Of a stretch of DNA of 64,000 bases, positions 1 to 14,180 are shown in pieces. The stretch comes from Macrostomum lignano (taxonomy: Eukaryota), in assembly GCA_002269645.1 (NCBI GenBank), contig NIVC01002827.1, forward strand, positions 73,686 to 137,685, read 5' to 3'. Below the pieces are notes generated by a model that saw nothing but the letters and a program-made list of their open reading frames with translations, was not told the origin of the DNA and searched no databases. The position numbers were made by a program, and so were the translations under genes. The number at the start of each line of letters is the position of its first letter. Position 1 is the first letter of the stretch.

Positions 1-75
1 AAATAGGGAGGCAGCTGTAGGAAGGTAGACAGGAAGTTTGATAGAAGATAGATAGTAAGGTAGGCAAAAAATAGA

Positions 76-497
76 TATAGGAAGGTAGATAGAGGAGGGT
101 AAATATGGGAAGGTAGATAAAGGAAGGTAGATATAGGAAGGTAGATATAGGAAGGTAGATATAGGAAGGTAGATATAGGAAGGTAGATATAGGAAGGTAG
201 ATAAAGGAAGGTAGATATAGGAAGGTAGATATAGGAAGGTAGATATAGGAAGGTAGATATAGGAAGGTAGATAAAGGAAGGTAGATAAAGGAAGGTAGAT
301 ATAGGAAGGTAGATATAGGAAGGTAGATATAGGAAGGTAGATATAGGAAGGTAGATAAAGGAAGGTAGATAAAGGAAGGTAGATATAGGAAGGTAGATAT
401 AGGAAGGTAGATAAAGGAAGGTAGATATAGGAAGGTAGATATAGGAAGGTAGATATAGGAAGGTAGATAAAGGAAGGTAGATATAGGAGGGTAGACA
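76..497. repeat. 14-bp tandem repeat (GGAAGGTAGATATA)n
   Basis: About 30 copies seen directly. Confidence 0.95.
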
Positions 498-1078
498 GGA
501 GGCAGATCTTGCCACTGCATTACACCTTGACCCAATTGCGCTAATTAAACAGTTTATTGACGTAAAGCTTCAACTTCCCAAACTATATACAAATAGTTCG
601 CTGTTTCGCTTGTGATCTTAGAAAAAGGAAATCCTCCATTGTAGTATGGGATAAATATACGCCTATAGTGTCAGCTTACCCCTGAATGATGGAGCCTGGT
701 GGGCCAACGTTAATGACTTGACTATATCCCAAAACTTTATAGGACTTCTAGATCTGCATGGCCCGGAGGCCAAAACTTACCTGACAAACACAGCGCATAT
801 GGCACTGAGGCAGGGGTAATGCTGGTAAAGTTTAAGTATTCAATTTATATAACTGTGAGGAATATTTATGCCTTAACCGTAGCAATTAATCATTATTTTT
901 TTAGCGTATCTGTGCGCGCTTAGGTTACTTATTTGTTGCAGAAATATACTTTGCGGGCAAGTACCTTAGTAGAAAAAGAAGAATAGATAACCCCCTGCAA
1001 TTCGCTGCATCCATCGAGTTGAATATATTCAATAGAAAGGAAGAAAATCAGGGGAGAATGTGTGACAGAGGAGAGAGT

Positions 1079-1560
1079 ATATAGAGAGTAGAGAGTAGAG
1101 AGTAGAGTCGAGAGTAGAGAGTAGAGAGTAGACTAGTAGCGCAGAGAGTAGAGAGTAGAGAGTAGAAAGTAGAAAAGAGAGTTGAGTGTTGAGAGTTGAG
1201 AGTTGAGTGTGAGAATAGAGAGTTGAGAGTTGAGAGTAGACAGTAGACAGTAGAGTAGAGAGTAGATAGTGGAGATTAGAGCAGAGAGTATATAGTAGAG
1301 AGTAGATTAGAAAGTAGACAGTAGAGTAGAGAGTAGAAAAGAGAGTTTAGTGTTGAGAGTAGAGAGTTGAGAGTAGAGAGTAGACAGTAGAGTAGAGAGT
1401 AGATAGTGGAGATTAGAGCAGAGAGTAGAGTAGAGAATAGATAGTAGAGTAGAAAGTAGATAGTAGAATAGAAAGTAAAGAATATAGAGAGTATAGAGTA
1501 GAGAGACTAGAGTAGATAGTAGAGAGTAGAGAGTAGAGAGTAGAGAGGAGAGAGAGAGGA
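1079..1560. repeat. (AGAGT)n-like degenerate microsatellite
   Basis: Purine-rich pentamer repeats. Source of the spurious LLSTL ORF on the minus strand. Confidence 0.9.
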
Positions 1561-2589
1561 GACAAGCAAGCACACAAAGGCACTCACAGCCGTATCGGTA
1601 GTTCCTCTGTGCCGCAGCTGAAATCCTGTGCACCGGATGCTGCTGTTGGTGCTGAGCAAACAGGCAGGCCTCAGATGCAGCCAAATCCATTTCGCCAAAA
1701 TAAAAAACTTGTTGCTCTGTTTGGCTAAATTACAACAGCCTCTCAAATAGTAGCAATGGTGTTTAGTAAGTATGTTTTTTGCAGCTCAAACAGCTTAAAT
1801 AACCCGTGTGTGGGGAGGGAGTTTCGCGTTATCGCGCGTGCCATTGTTGCCAAGCCTCAGACACAGTGGAGAACTGCTCAGCCAATGAGCAGTGAGCGGC
1901 GGAGCCCCCCAGACAGAATGTTACTGGTCGCGGCTCCCGTATCCAGGCGGTTGGTGGGACCGCTGAGTTTGGCGGCTTGAGCAGCCCGCCATGCCCCAAT
2001 TCTCACTTTCGTTTATCCCACCGGCCATAGTTACTAAAATGATCTAGCTCGTAACGCTCGCAATGGAACGGACAGGCCCACCGGTTGAGCGTATAGCAAC
2101 TCAATTCATTCTTACTGATGGTCATTTTTTTCAACAAAAGAAACAATAATTGTTGAATTTCGCTAATAACATTTGCCACATATATATACGATAGTTGGTT
2201 ATTATGCTACAAGTAACAGTCAAATAGTGTTCATAATAAACAATTTGATAATTATAATGGCTAATGAAACAGCAGGCAAATGCAACAAGTTGTGCCTGCC
2301 TGCCTTTGGTGTAACATTTTATTAGCTGTTAGTTTTTTACTAGTTTGTTGCTAAGTGGCAAGAACAAGAATATGGGGTAGAGTACGGAGTAGGTTACAGT
2401 GTAAGTTATAGAGTAGAGTCTAGAGTCGGTTATAAAGGATGTTGCAAAGTAGATTACAGAGTAGGTTTAGGTTAGGTTACAGATTTACAGAGTATTATAC
2501 AGAGACCAGAGTGGGTTACAGAGTAGGCTACATAGTAAACTACAAAGTAGGTTACACAGACGTCAAGAATGTGTATTACAGTTTGCAGA

Positions 2590-3120
2590 TACAGATTACA
2601 GATTACACAGACTTGGAGACAGCAGATTACAAGATTACACAGACTTGGAGACAGTAGATTGCAGATTACACAGACTTGGAGACAGTAGATTGCAGATTAC
2701 ACAGACTTGGAGACAGTAGATTACAGATTACACAGACTTTGAGACAGTGGATTACAAGATTACACAGACTTGGAGACAGTGGATTACAAGATTACACAGA
2801 CTTTGAGACAGTGGATTACAGATTACACAGACTTTGAGACAGTGGATTACAAGATTACACAGACTTGGAGACAGTAGATTACAGATTACACAGACTTTGA
2901 GACAGTGGATTACAAGATTACACAGACTTGGAGACAGTAGATTACAGATTACACAGACTTTGAGACAGTGGATTACAAGATTACACAGACTTGGAGACAG
3001 TAGATTACAGATTACACAGACTTGGAGACAGTGGATTACAAGATTACACAGACTTGGAGACAGTGGATTACAAGATTACACAGACTTGGAGACAGTAGAT
3101 AGCAGATTACACAGACTTAG
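2590..3120. repeat. 31/32-bp tandem repeat (GATTACACAGACTTGGAGACAGTAGATTACA)
   Basis: Alternating 31- and 32-bp variants give a 63-bp higher-order period. Confidence 0.95.
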
Positions 3121-3468
3121 GGATTGACATAAAAGGTGCACACAAGTCCAGTCCAGTACAACTCATACTCAGGCACATGGAGGATAGTCGTTGAGTATAG
3201 CTCTAATCCCAGCACAATGATCCCCACTGATATGAGTTGCCTAACTTCGGCTTGCCAAAAATGAACCGTCATTGGATAAATGAAATGGTGCATTGCGTGT
3301 GTGTGTGCCGGTACCCAGTGTGTTTACATTTATGCGAGCCAGTACATACTATAGCTATACACTGCATGAGTATGCGGTATTGCTTCAATTTGGTGCTTGT
3401 TGCTAGGTGAAGTGGTTGTCGTTGTGCAACATTCACGGGAAAGCGACAGCTAATATTAGTGTTTGCAG

Positions 3469-5630
<2,162 letters not shown>

Positions 5631-7179
5631 GTAAGCAAATATGTCTATGTAAGCAATCGTTTCACTCGAACCAGATATGAGATGAGAGATGAGAAATAGA
5701 GATAGAAGAGGATAAAGTAGATAGGAGAAGTGAAGGGGTGGGTGAGACGAATTGAGGATAGAGTATAAAGGAGAGACAAGAGATAAAAGATAAGATAGGA
5801 AATGAGTAGAGAGATGAGAGAAGAAAGATAATAGATAGAGGTGAGAGGTGAGCTGATATGAGATATGAGATGTGAGAGAATAGAGATGAGAGAAGAGAGA
5901 AGATAGAAGAGAGATGATAGATGAGAGATGAGAGATGAGCGAGAGATGAGAGAAGAGAGAAGATAGCTGAGAGATGAGAGATGAGCGAGAGATGAGAGAA
6001 GAGAGAAGAGAGAAGAGAGAAGAGAGAAGAGAGATGAGAAATGAGAGATGAGAGATGAGAGATGAGAGATGAGAGATGAGAGATGAGAGATGAGAGATGA
6101 GAGAGAATAGATATTTCACTGCAGGAGTATATAGATGGTTAAAGAGGAGAGAGAAGCAAGGGGGCGGATAGGGCCCTCAGTCAGTCTTCAGTATACATGT
6201 AGCAGGCTTAAGTTATTGTACAGAAAGTTACTTTAAATTCCAAGCGTACTACTAATCAGTTTGTGTCAGTAGTATGCTAGAGATTATTCAGGCTTCGTTT
6301 CCATTATGTCCTATATACTAAAAATAAGAATTTCGAATCTTGCAAACAAAATTTAGTTAAAATTCCAACTAATTTATTCTGAATCCAACACTCAAGAGTT
6401 TCACATTTCTGTTGGTTATTCCCCGGAACTGTGAAACGAATTCAGAAATAAATTGCAAATCAATTTTTCAAGTCTGTCAAAATTTCAAAAAAGACACTTC
6501 CTTAATTAGGACTTGAGCCAGGGTCTCTCTTTTAGAAGAATCCTTCTTTTGCTTTTGGTCTATTGGAAACTTCTGCTGTTGCTACCGAGTCGATGTGCGG
6601 ACATGTTTGAGGCTACTTGGCTGCCATATATGGGCGCAAATCTAATTAGCGGCTTTGCAAGAGGCTTTCACACCTGGCAGTATTGAGCCATCCTTGAGGA
6701 CATCCTTGATTGAGTCTGTTCGAAATCTTCTTGCCAAGCCGAGGGCTGATATTGGGCTTATGATTTATTCATAATTTCATATTGATTTTTCTGTGCAAGT
6801 TTAAAAGCAATAGAAGGCGTGTGGCAGAAATGCTAATTTTGTTTTAGTTAGTTTAAACAAACTTCTACCATGGTTAATAAAGACCATTTCTCATCATAAA
6901 ATTTTACTCAAGTATTTCTTGTCACGATTTTCACCAAATTTGTCTTCTTTTAAATATATTTAAGCATTAGTTTACAATATCAACAAATGCTTACTTTTAC
7001 TTTCACAGATTTGAGGATTAATAAATGTTTTTTATTTTTTATAACACTACTATGACTGAAACAATACTGTATGATGTGCTGGATAATTAATAACCAGATC
7101 AACATTCTATGAGCATTTAAATATTTTTTGACCGTTTCAGCGCTCAATGACCTTTTTAACACTCTAGCTATGACCACTT

Positions 7180-8130
7180 TAACACTCTATGATTAGCTCA
7201 ACACTCTATGACCATTTCAAAATTATCTTCATGACCTGTTGTACACCCTATGACCATTCTAACACTGTACGAGAATAAGCATTTCAACACTCCATGAACA
7301 TTTCAAGAATCTATGACCAGTTCAATATGGTCTATGACCATTTTAACACCATATGAACATTTCAAGAATCTATGACCAGTTCAATATGGTCTATGACCAT
7401 TTTAACACCATATGAACATTTCAAGAATCTATGACCAGTTCAATATGGTCTATGACCATTTCAATACTCTATGAACAGTTCAAGAATCTATGACCAGTTC
7501 AATATGGTCTATGACCATTTCAATACTCTATGAACAGTTCAAGAATCTATGACCAGTTCAATATGGTCTATGACCATTTCAATACTCTATGAACAGTTCA
7601 AGAATCTATGACCAGTTCAATATGGTCTATGACCATTTCAATACTCTATGAACAGTTCAAGAATCTATGACCAGTTCAATATGGTCTATGACCATTTCCA
7701 CACTCTATGAACAGTTCCAGAATCTATGACCAGTTCAATATGGTCTATGACCATTTCAATACTCTATGAAAAGTTCAAGAATCTATGACCAGTTCAAGAA
7801 TCTATGACCAGCTCAATATGGTTTATGACCATTTCAACACTCCATGAACAGTTCAAGAATCTATGACCAGTTCAATATGGTCTATGACCATTTCAATACT
7901 CTATGAACAGTTCAAGAATCTATGACCAGTTCAATATGGTCTATGACCATTTCCACACTCTATGAACAGTTCAAGAATCTATGACCAGTTCAATATGGTC
8001 TATGACCATTTCCACACTCTATGAACAGTTCAAGAATCTATGACCAGTTCAATATGGTCTATGACCATTTCAATACTCTATGAACAGTTCAAGAATCTAT
8101 GACCAGCTAAAGCCTTCTATGACCAGTTGA
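7180..8130. repeat. 59-bp tandem repeat built from three 19-21-bp CTATGA(A/C)CA subunits
   Basis: CTATGAACAGTTCAAGAAT-CTATGACCAGTTCAATATGGT-CTATGACCATTTCAATACT, period 59. Confidence 0.95.
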
Positions 8131-8546
8131 ATTCTAGCCAGCTTTGCCAATCCTGACAGCAATAACTATCCAAGTCTGAAACCAAATTTTCTTAGAAATG
8201 AGCCACACAAGCCAGTAAGCAACGCATCATAGCGGCGCTAAATGGGGTTTTGCCAGAGACTACCGAATGCAGTGCCAGGCAATGCGACAAGTATGCGTTC
8301 CTTATCAGCCTCCACCTCATTTCTAAGAAACTCTATTGTAGCCTCCGTCTACTCCGGTTGTCCATGAAGCAGAGCTGGTCTGCCAGCAGAGCCCGCTTTC
8401 ATTGGCTTCGGCTGAAACATTCAATGGGCATAAATATCCTAACAATATCAACTCCAACAGATAAGAGAGAAGCTTATTTTTAGCACCTAACACTGAACTC
8501 ACTTCGTGAGCACTCGATTTACAAAGGCTTTCCTTTAAGGTAAGAA

Positions 8547-9174
<628 letters not shown>

Positions 9175-9214
9175 GTAGCAGCGCAGCCTCCCTGCCTTTC
9201 AGCAGCAGTCTCTG

Positions 9215-9415
9215 ATGGACCTTAGCGAATACCGCAGGCGTGGCAAGGAGATGGTGGACTTCATCGCGGACTACCTGGAGAACATCCGCAGTTACCGCGT
9301 GTTCCCGGACGTGGAGCCCGGCTACATGCGAGCCATGGTGCCCGATGGGGCGCCGGAGCGCGGCGAGAAATGGGATCAAATTTTTGCCGACTTTCAGAGT
9401 GCCGTCATGCCGGGA
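9215..9415 (+). CDS. HDC: Histidine decarboxylase, coding exon 1
   Basis: MDLSEYRRRGKEMVDFIADYLENIRSYRVFPDVEPGYMR closely matches the group II PLP decarboxylase N-terminus of insect HDC (MDFKEYRQRGKEMVDYIADYLENIR). Donor GGA|GTGAGC at 9416. Confidence 0.93.
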
Positions 9416-9533
9416 GTGAGCGAACATCTTGGGCTTGATGAAGGATCTAGGATTCTGTAGATTAGGTCATAGTCAGATCATAACTCAGTCCTAGTGACAT
9501 AATGGAGTCAAAACCGTTTCCAACCTAACGCAG

Positions 9534-9770
9534 ATGACGCACTGGCAGAGTCCCAGAATGCACGCCTACTTTCCTGCTCTGAACTCGCCAGCATCCCTGC
9601 TCGGAGACATGCTAGCCGAGGGCCTGAACCCGGTTGCCTTCACCTGGGCCTCATCACCGGCCTGCTCAGAGTTGGAGATCATCGTGATGGACTGGCTGGC
9701 AAAGATGCTGAGTTTGCCGGAGTACTTTTTGCACAGCTGCGGTAGCAGCTCCGGCGGGGGCTGCATTCTG
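9534..9770 (+). CDS. HDC: Histidine decarboxylase, coding exon 2
   Basis: Acceptor CGCAG|[29 protein letters not shown]...[20 protein letters not shown] carries the HDC-type [16 protein letters not shown] rather than the TDC/DDC-type HWxxPxFHAYFP. Donor CTG|GTGAGC. Confidence 0.93.
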
Positions 9771-9789
9771 GTGAGCGGTGATGGCACTG

Positions 9790-10885
9790 TACAGATTGTC
9801 ACTCTCTGCTGTGATTGAGTGATTGATTGTCACTCTCTCCTGTGATTGAGTGATTGTCACTCTCTCCTGTGACTGAGTGATTGTCACTCTCTCCTGTGAT
9901 TGAGTGATTGTCACTCTCTCCTGTGACTGAGTGATTGTCACTCTCTCCTGTGATTGAGTGATTGTCACTCTCTCCTGTGACTGAGTGATTGTCACTCTCT
10001 CCTGTGATTGACTGATTGTCACTCTCTCCTGTGATTGAGTGATTGTCACTCTCTCCTGTGACTGAGTGATTGTCACTCTCTCCTGTGATTGAGTGATTGA
10101 TTGTCACCCACTCCTGTGATTGAATGATTGTCACTCTCTCCTGTGATTGACTGATTGTCACTCTCTCCTGTGATTGAGTGATTGTCACTCTCTCCTGTGA
10201 CTGAGTGATTGTCACTCTCTCCTGTGATTGAGTGATTGTCACTCTCTCCTGTGATTGAATGATTGTCACTCTCTCCTGTGATTGACTGATTGTCACTCTC
10301 TCCTGTGATTGAGTGATTGTCACTCTCTCCTGTGATTGAGTGATTGTCACTCTCTACTGTGATTGCGTGATTGTCACTCTCTCCTGTGATTGAGTGATTG
10401 TCACTCTCTCCTGTGATTGAGTGATTGTCACTCTCTCCTGTGATTGAGTGATTGTCACTCTCTGCTGTGATTGAGTGATTATCACCCTCTCCTGTGATTG
10501 AGTGATTATCACTCTCTCCTGTGATTGAGTGATTGTCACTCTCTCCTGTGATTGAGTCATTGTCACTCTCTCCTGTGATTGAGTGATTGTCACTCTCTCC
10601 TGTGATTGACTGATTGTCACCCTCTCCTGTGACTGAGTGATTGTCACTCTCTCCTGTGATTGAGTGATTGTCACTCTCTCCTGTGATTGAGTGATTGTCA
10701 CTCTCTCCTGTGATTGAGTGATTGTCACTCTCTCCTGTGATTGAGTGATTGTCACTCTCTCCTGTGATTGAGTGATGATCACTCTCTCCTGTGATTGAGT
10801 GATTGTCACTCTCTCCTGTGATTGAGTGATTGTCACTCTCTCCTGTGACTGAGTGATTGTCACTCTCTCCTGTGATTGAGTGATT
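9790..10885. repeat. 27-bp tandem repeat (GTGATTGAGTGATTGTCACTCTCTCCT)n, HDC intron 2
   Basis: About 40 copies. Each unit contains the hairpin GAGTGA-TTG-TCACTC. Confidence 0.97.
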
Positions 10886-11229
10886 GAGAAAAATGCTTTC
10901 GCAGTTTCTGGCTAATTTCTATTAAAGTACACATGTCTTCTAATTTGGCCTATAGCAGCAGGAATAGTGCATGTCTACGGCAAATATCTTAGCTGAAGAT
11001 GGCATTGGTATCAGTATAATGCAACTCACTTACTTGCAACACTCGCTACACCAAGAATGTCGGTGTGTAAACACATTGAGCAGTAGCCTGCCCGGTTGCA
11101 GTTGTTTGGTATTTCATTATTTATCGATTAAATCACGCGACAGAAATTCTGCACATGCTTGGTTTAGTAGGCTCAGTGATATGCATTGCTGCACTTTATG
11201 TGAGTTGCTGTTGACAGTAGCAAACAACT

Positions 11230-11293
11230 CACATCAATCAATGAACCAGTCAATCAATGAATCATATCAATGAATGAATCAATCAATTAATCG

Positions 11294-11354
<61 letters not shown>

Positions 11355-11427
11355 CCAATAAATCACTCAATCAATCAATCAATCAATCAACCAATCAATC
11401 ACTCAATCAATCAAAAAATGAATCAAA

Positions 11428-11458
<31 letters not shown>

Positions 11459-11620
11459 AAAATGAATCAAACAATCAGTCAATGAATTAATCAATCAATA
11501 AATTAATCAATCAATCAATCAATCAATCAATCAGTCAATCAACCAATCAATCACTCAATCACTCAATCAATCAAAAAATGAATCAATCAATCAGTCAATG
11601 AATCAATGAATCAATAAATT

Positions 11621-11694
<74 letters not shown>

Positions 11695-11705
11695 CCAATC
11701 AATCG

Positions 11706-11766
<61 letters not shown>

Positions 11767-11990
11767 AAAATGAATCAATCAATCAGTCAATGAATTAATC
11801 AATCAATAAATTAATCAATCAATCAATCAATCAATCAATCAGTCAATCAACCAATCAATCACTCAATCACTCAGTCAATCAAAAAATGAATCAAACAATC
11901 AGTCAATGAATTAATCAATCAAATAATCAATCAATCAATCAATCAATTATTCAATCAGTCAAATATACAAACAAGCCAGCCAATCAATCA
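11230..11990. repeat. (TCAA)n microsatellite, HDC intron 2
   Basis: Imperfect tetranucleotide array with internal block duplications. Confidence 0.95.
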
Positions 11991-12018
11991 GCCAAACAAC
12001 CCATCAACCATTGTGCAG

Positions 12019-12159
12019 ACGACAGCCTCCGAGGGCACCCTGGTCAGCTTGCTGGCTGCCAGACGTCAGGCAATAAATAATTACCGCCTGGATTTGGACT
12101 GCGACGAGCTGACGGACTCCGAGATCAACAGCCGGCTCATAGCTTATTGCTCCGATCAG
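12019..12159 (+). CDS. HDC: Histidine decarboxylase, coding exon 3
   Basis: Acceptor GTGCAG|ACG. TTASEGTLVSLLAARRQ...EINSRLIAYCSDQ. Ends at an inferred non-canonical donor CAG|GCCAGT. Confidence 0.88.
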
Positions 12160-12483
12160 GCCAGTAGCAATATTGCTTCTATTTCTACTTCTTGCTACTT
12201 ATTAAGTAGAAATATTTGCATTTCACGTTCGAAACTTGCCCGTCTAAGAAAAGTGAAAGAAAACGAAAATGCATAATACACATTCAGAAGTCTGACTTTA
12301 GTTGGTGGCTCAGCCATATTCTCTCACAAGTGATTTTAATTTAACAGCTTCTTATTCCCTTCTTCGCAACACTCAATCAACTTGCGTGCCTTTCACGCAT
12401 TTTTGTCTATGGTTAAGACAAATTAACTGAGCGTGCATCTAACGCGCCATCTAAAGTATTAAGCCAACGTAATACAATGCAAC

Positions 12484-12579
12484 TCATACATCGATTTTTT
12501 GTGCTTAAATGGTCTATGGCACTCGTGCGCTGCGCGCACTCGTGCATAGACCATTTAAGCACGCAAAATCGATGTATGA
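12484..12579. repeat. Palindromic (foldback) element in HDC intron 3
   Basis: TCATACATCGATTTTTTGTGCTTAAATGGTCTATG ... CATAGACCATTTAAGCACGCAAAATCGATGTATGA. Confidence 0.85.
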
Positions 12580-12638
12580 ATCCTACATTGTTGACTTGAG
12601 AGAAGGAGTTAACAGTGACTGTTGTAACGATGAAGGTA

Positions 12639-12960
12639 GAATTTAATAATTAATTTAATAATTGACTGCACCTGCCCCAATTGGGCCAGATGTGCAGCTG
12701 ACAGCTCAGCCGCAGCTATTGCGCGGCGCATCTCTGAAGGCTGCGTACGGCTGTTCAGTCCAAGGACTGGGGGCTCGCCACACACACCCTCAATTACCCC
12801 AGCTAATGCTGGCACCCATTTTACAGCTGGGTGAACTGAAGCAATGCAGAGTTAAGTGTCTTGCTCAAGGACACAAATTGTTCCAGTGGGATCGGGAATC
12901 GAACCCTCGACCTTCAAGTCGTGAGTCCGACGCTCTAACCACTAGACTACAACCCCCTAT
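12639..12960 (-). mobile_element. tRNA-derived SINE in HDC intron 3
   Basis: The minus strand reads a Pol III A box TAGTCTAGTGG, B box GGTTCGATTCC, then TGTGTCCTTGAGCAAGACACTT and a CORE-like CAGTTCACCCAGCTGTAAAATGGGT, ending in an AT-rich tail. 10-bp TSD GATGAAGGTA at 12629-12638 and 12961-12970. Confidence 0.85.
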
Positions 12961-13032
12961 GATGAAGGTACACATTGATACAGGGATGAAGGATATCGAT
13001 GCAGGGATGAAGGGACACATTGACCATTGCAG

Positions 13033-13243
13033 GCGCACTCGTCCGTGGAGAAGGCCGCGGTGATCAGTCTGGTTCAGATTCGATTTGTCCCATCCGACGA
13101 GCGGCACTCGATGCGCGGCGCTGCACTGGAGCGCATGATCGCCGAGGACGTTAAACGGGGCTTGCAGCCGTTTTACGTTTGCGCCACGCTGGGCACCACC
13201 GGAGCCTGCGCGTTTGACGTGCTTGAAGAGATCGGGCCAGTGT
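13033..13243 (+). CDS. HDC: Histidine decarboxylase, coding exon 4
   Basis: Acceptor TTGCAG|[21 protein letters not shown]...[28 protein letters not shown]. Phase-1 donor T|GTGAGT. Confidence 0.92.
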
Positions 13244-13274
13244 GTGAGTTTCCGCGGGGACCTGTCAACATCTT

Positions 13275-13460
13275 GAACACACTTGAACACACTTCTCAAA
13301 CACCTTTCTCAAAGACATTTCTCATAGACACTTCTCAGAGACACTTCTCAGAGACATTTCTCAGAGACATTTCTCAAATACACTTCTCAGAGACACTTCT
13401 CAAAGTCACTTCTCAAAGACACTCCTCAAAGATACTTGTTAAAGTCACTTCTCAGGACTC
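13275..13460. repeat. Degenerate about 13-bp repeat (ACACTTCTCAGAG)n, HDC intron 4
   Basis: Seen directly. It explains the non-HDC middle of ORF 13027-13848. Confidence 0.8.
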
Positions 13461-13560
13461 TTTCCTGGCACTAATCTCTTACGATTTATACCTGACACCT
13501 GCTCTAACGCATTCCCAAAACGTTCCTTCACCAAACGCTATCTGGATCAAACCGTCGCAG

Positions 13561-13723
13561 GTAAAACGCACGACCTTTGGCTTCACGTGGACGCGGCTTA
13601 CGCCGGAAGCAGCTTCGTCTGTCCAGAGTTTCGCCAGCCAATGCGCGGAATTCAACACGCTGAGTCATTTGTCTTCAATCCCAGCAAGTGGCTGCTGGTC
13701 AACTTCGACTGTACAGCGCTTTG
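13561..13723 (+). CDS. HDC: Histidine decarboxylase, coding exon 5 (PLP-lysine)
   Basis: Acceptor TCGCAG|GT. (C)[24 protein letters not shown]...[19 protein letters not shown] contains the NPSKW PLP-binding lysine motif. Donor TG|GTAAGC. Not in the ORF track. Confidence 0.93.
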
Positions 13724-13888
13724 GTAAGCGGAGGTTAAAGACTACGTCGTATCAAACTCAGTGTTTGTGTACAAAACTTAACCAGGGGATTCATGCCAAG
13801 TGTGTGACTGACAAACTTACGGCTCGTATTAGCAATACAGATCTCTGATCTCAGACTACAGTTAAGTTCGCCATTCCTCATCCGGCAG

Positions 13889-13979
13889 GGTGAAAGACAG
13901 TCGCAAGCTGCACAACACGTTCAACATTGAGCCGCTGTACCTCAAGCACGAGAGGACCGGTGTAGCCATCGATTTCATG
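13889..13979 (+). CDS. HDC: Histidine decarboxylase, coding exon 6
   Basis: Acceptor GGCAG|G. (W)VKDSRKLHNTFNIEPLYLKHERTGVAIDFM. Donor ATG|GTGAGT. Confidence 0.92.
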
Positions 13980-14057
13980 GTGAGTTTCCGCCTGTATTTA
14001 TAATTGCCAACCAATCAATTCAGCATGAGAAATAGCCGCAGAACCAAACACTGACAG

Positions 14058-14156
14058 CATTGGCAGATTCCTTTGAGCAAGAAGTTTCGGTCACTAAAGC
14101 TTTGGTTCGTTCTGAGAAGCTACGGCATTGAGGGACTTCAGGAGCATATTCGGAAG
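14058..14156 (+). CDS. HDC: Histidine decarboxylase, coding exon 7
   Basis: Acceptor GACAG|[36 protein letters not shown]. Donor AAG|GTGAGC. Confidence 0.93.
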
Positions 14157-14180
14157 GTGAGCTCTGAATGGCGTTTGCGT

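Noticed and set aside
9666-10863. TITQSQERV-repeat ORFs on minus
   Set aside because: The 27-bp unit is a multiple of 3 and stop-free in some frames; it lies in an HDC intron and shows no coding evidence.
12880-12957. tRNA-like sequence with A and B boxes
   Set aside because: It continues into a SINE body and tail with a TSD, so it is a SINE head and not a tRNA gene.
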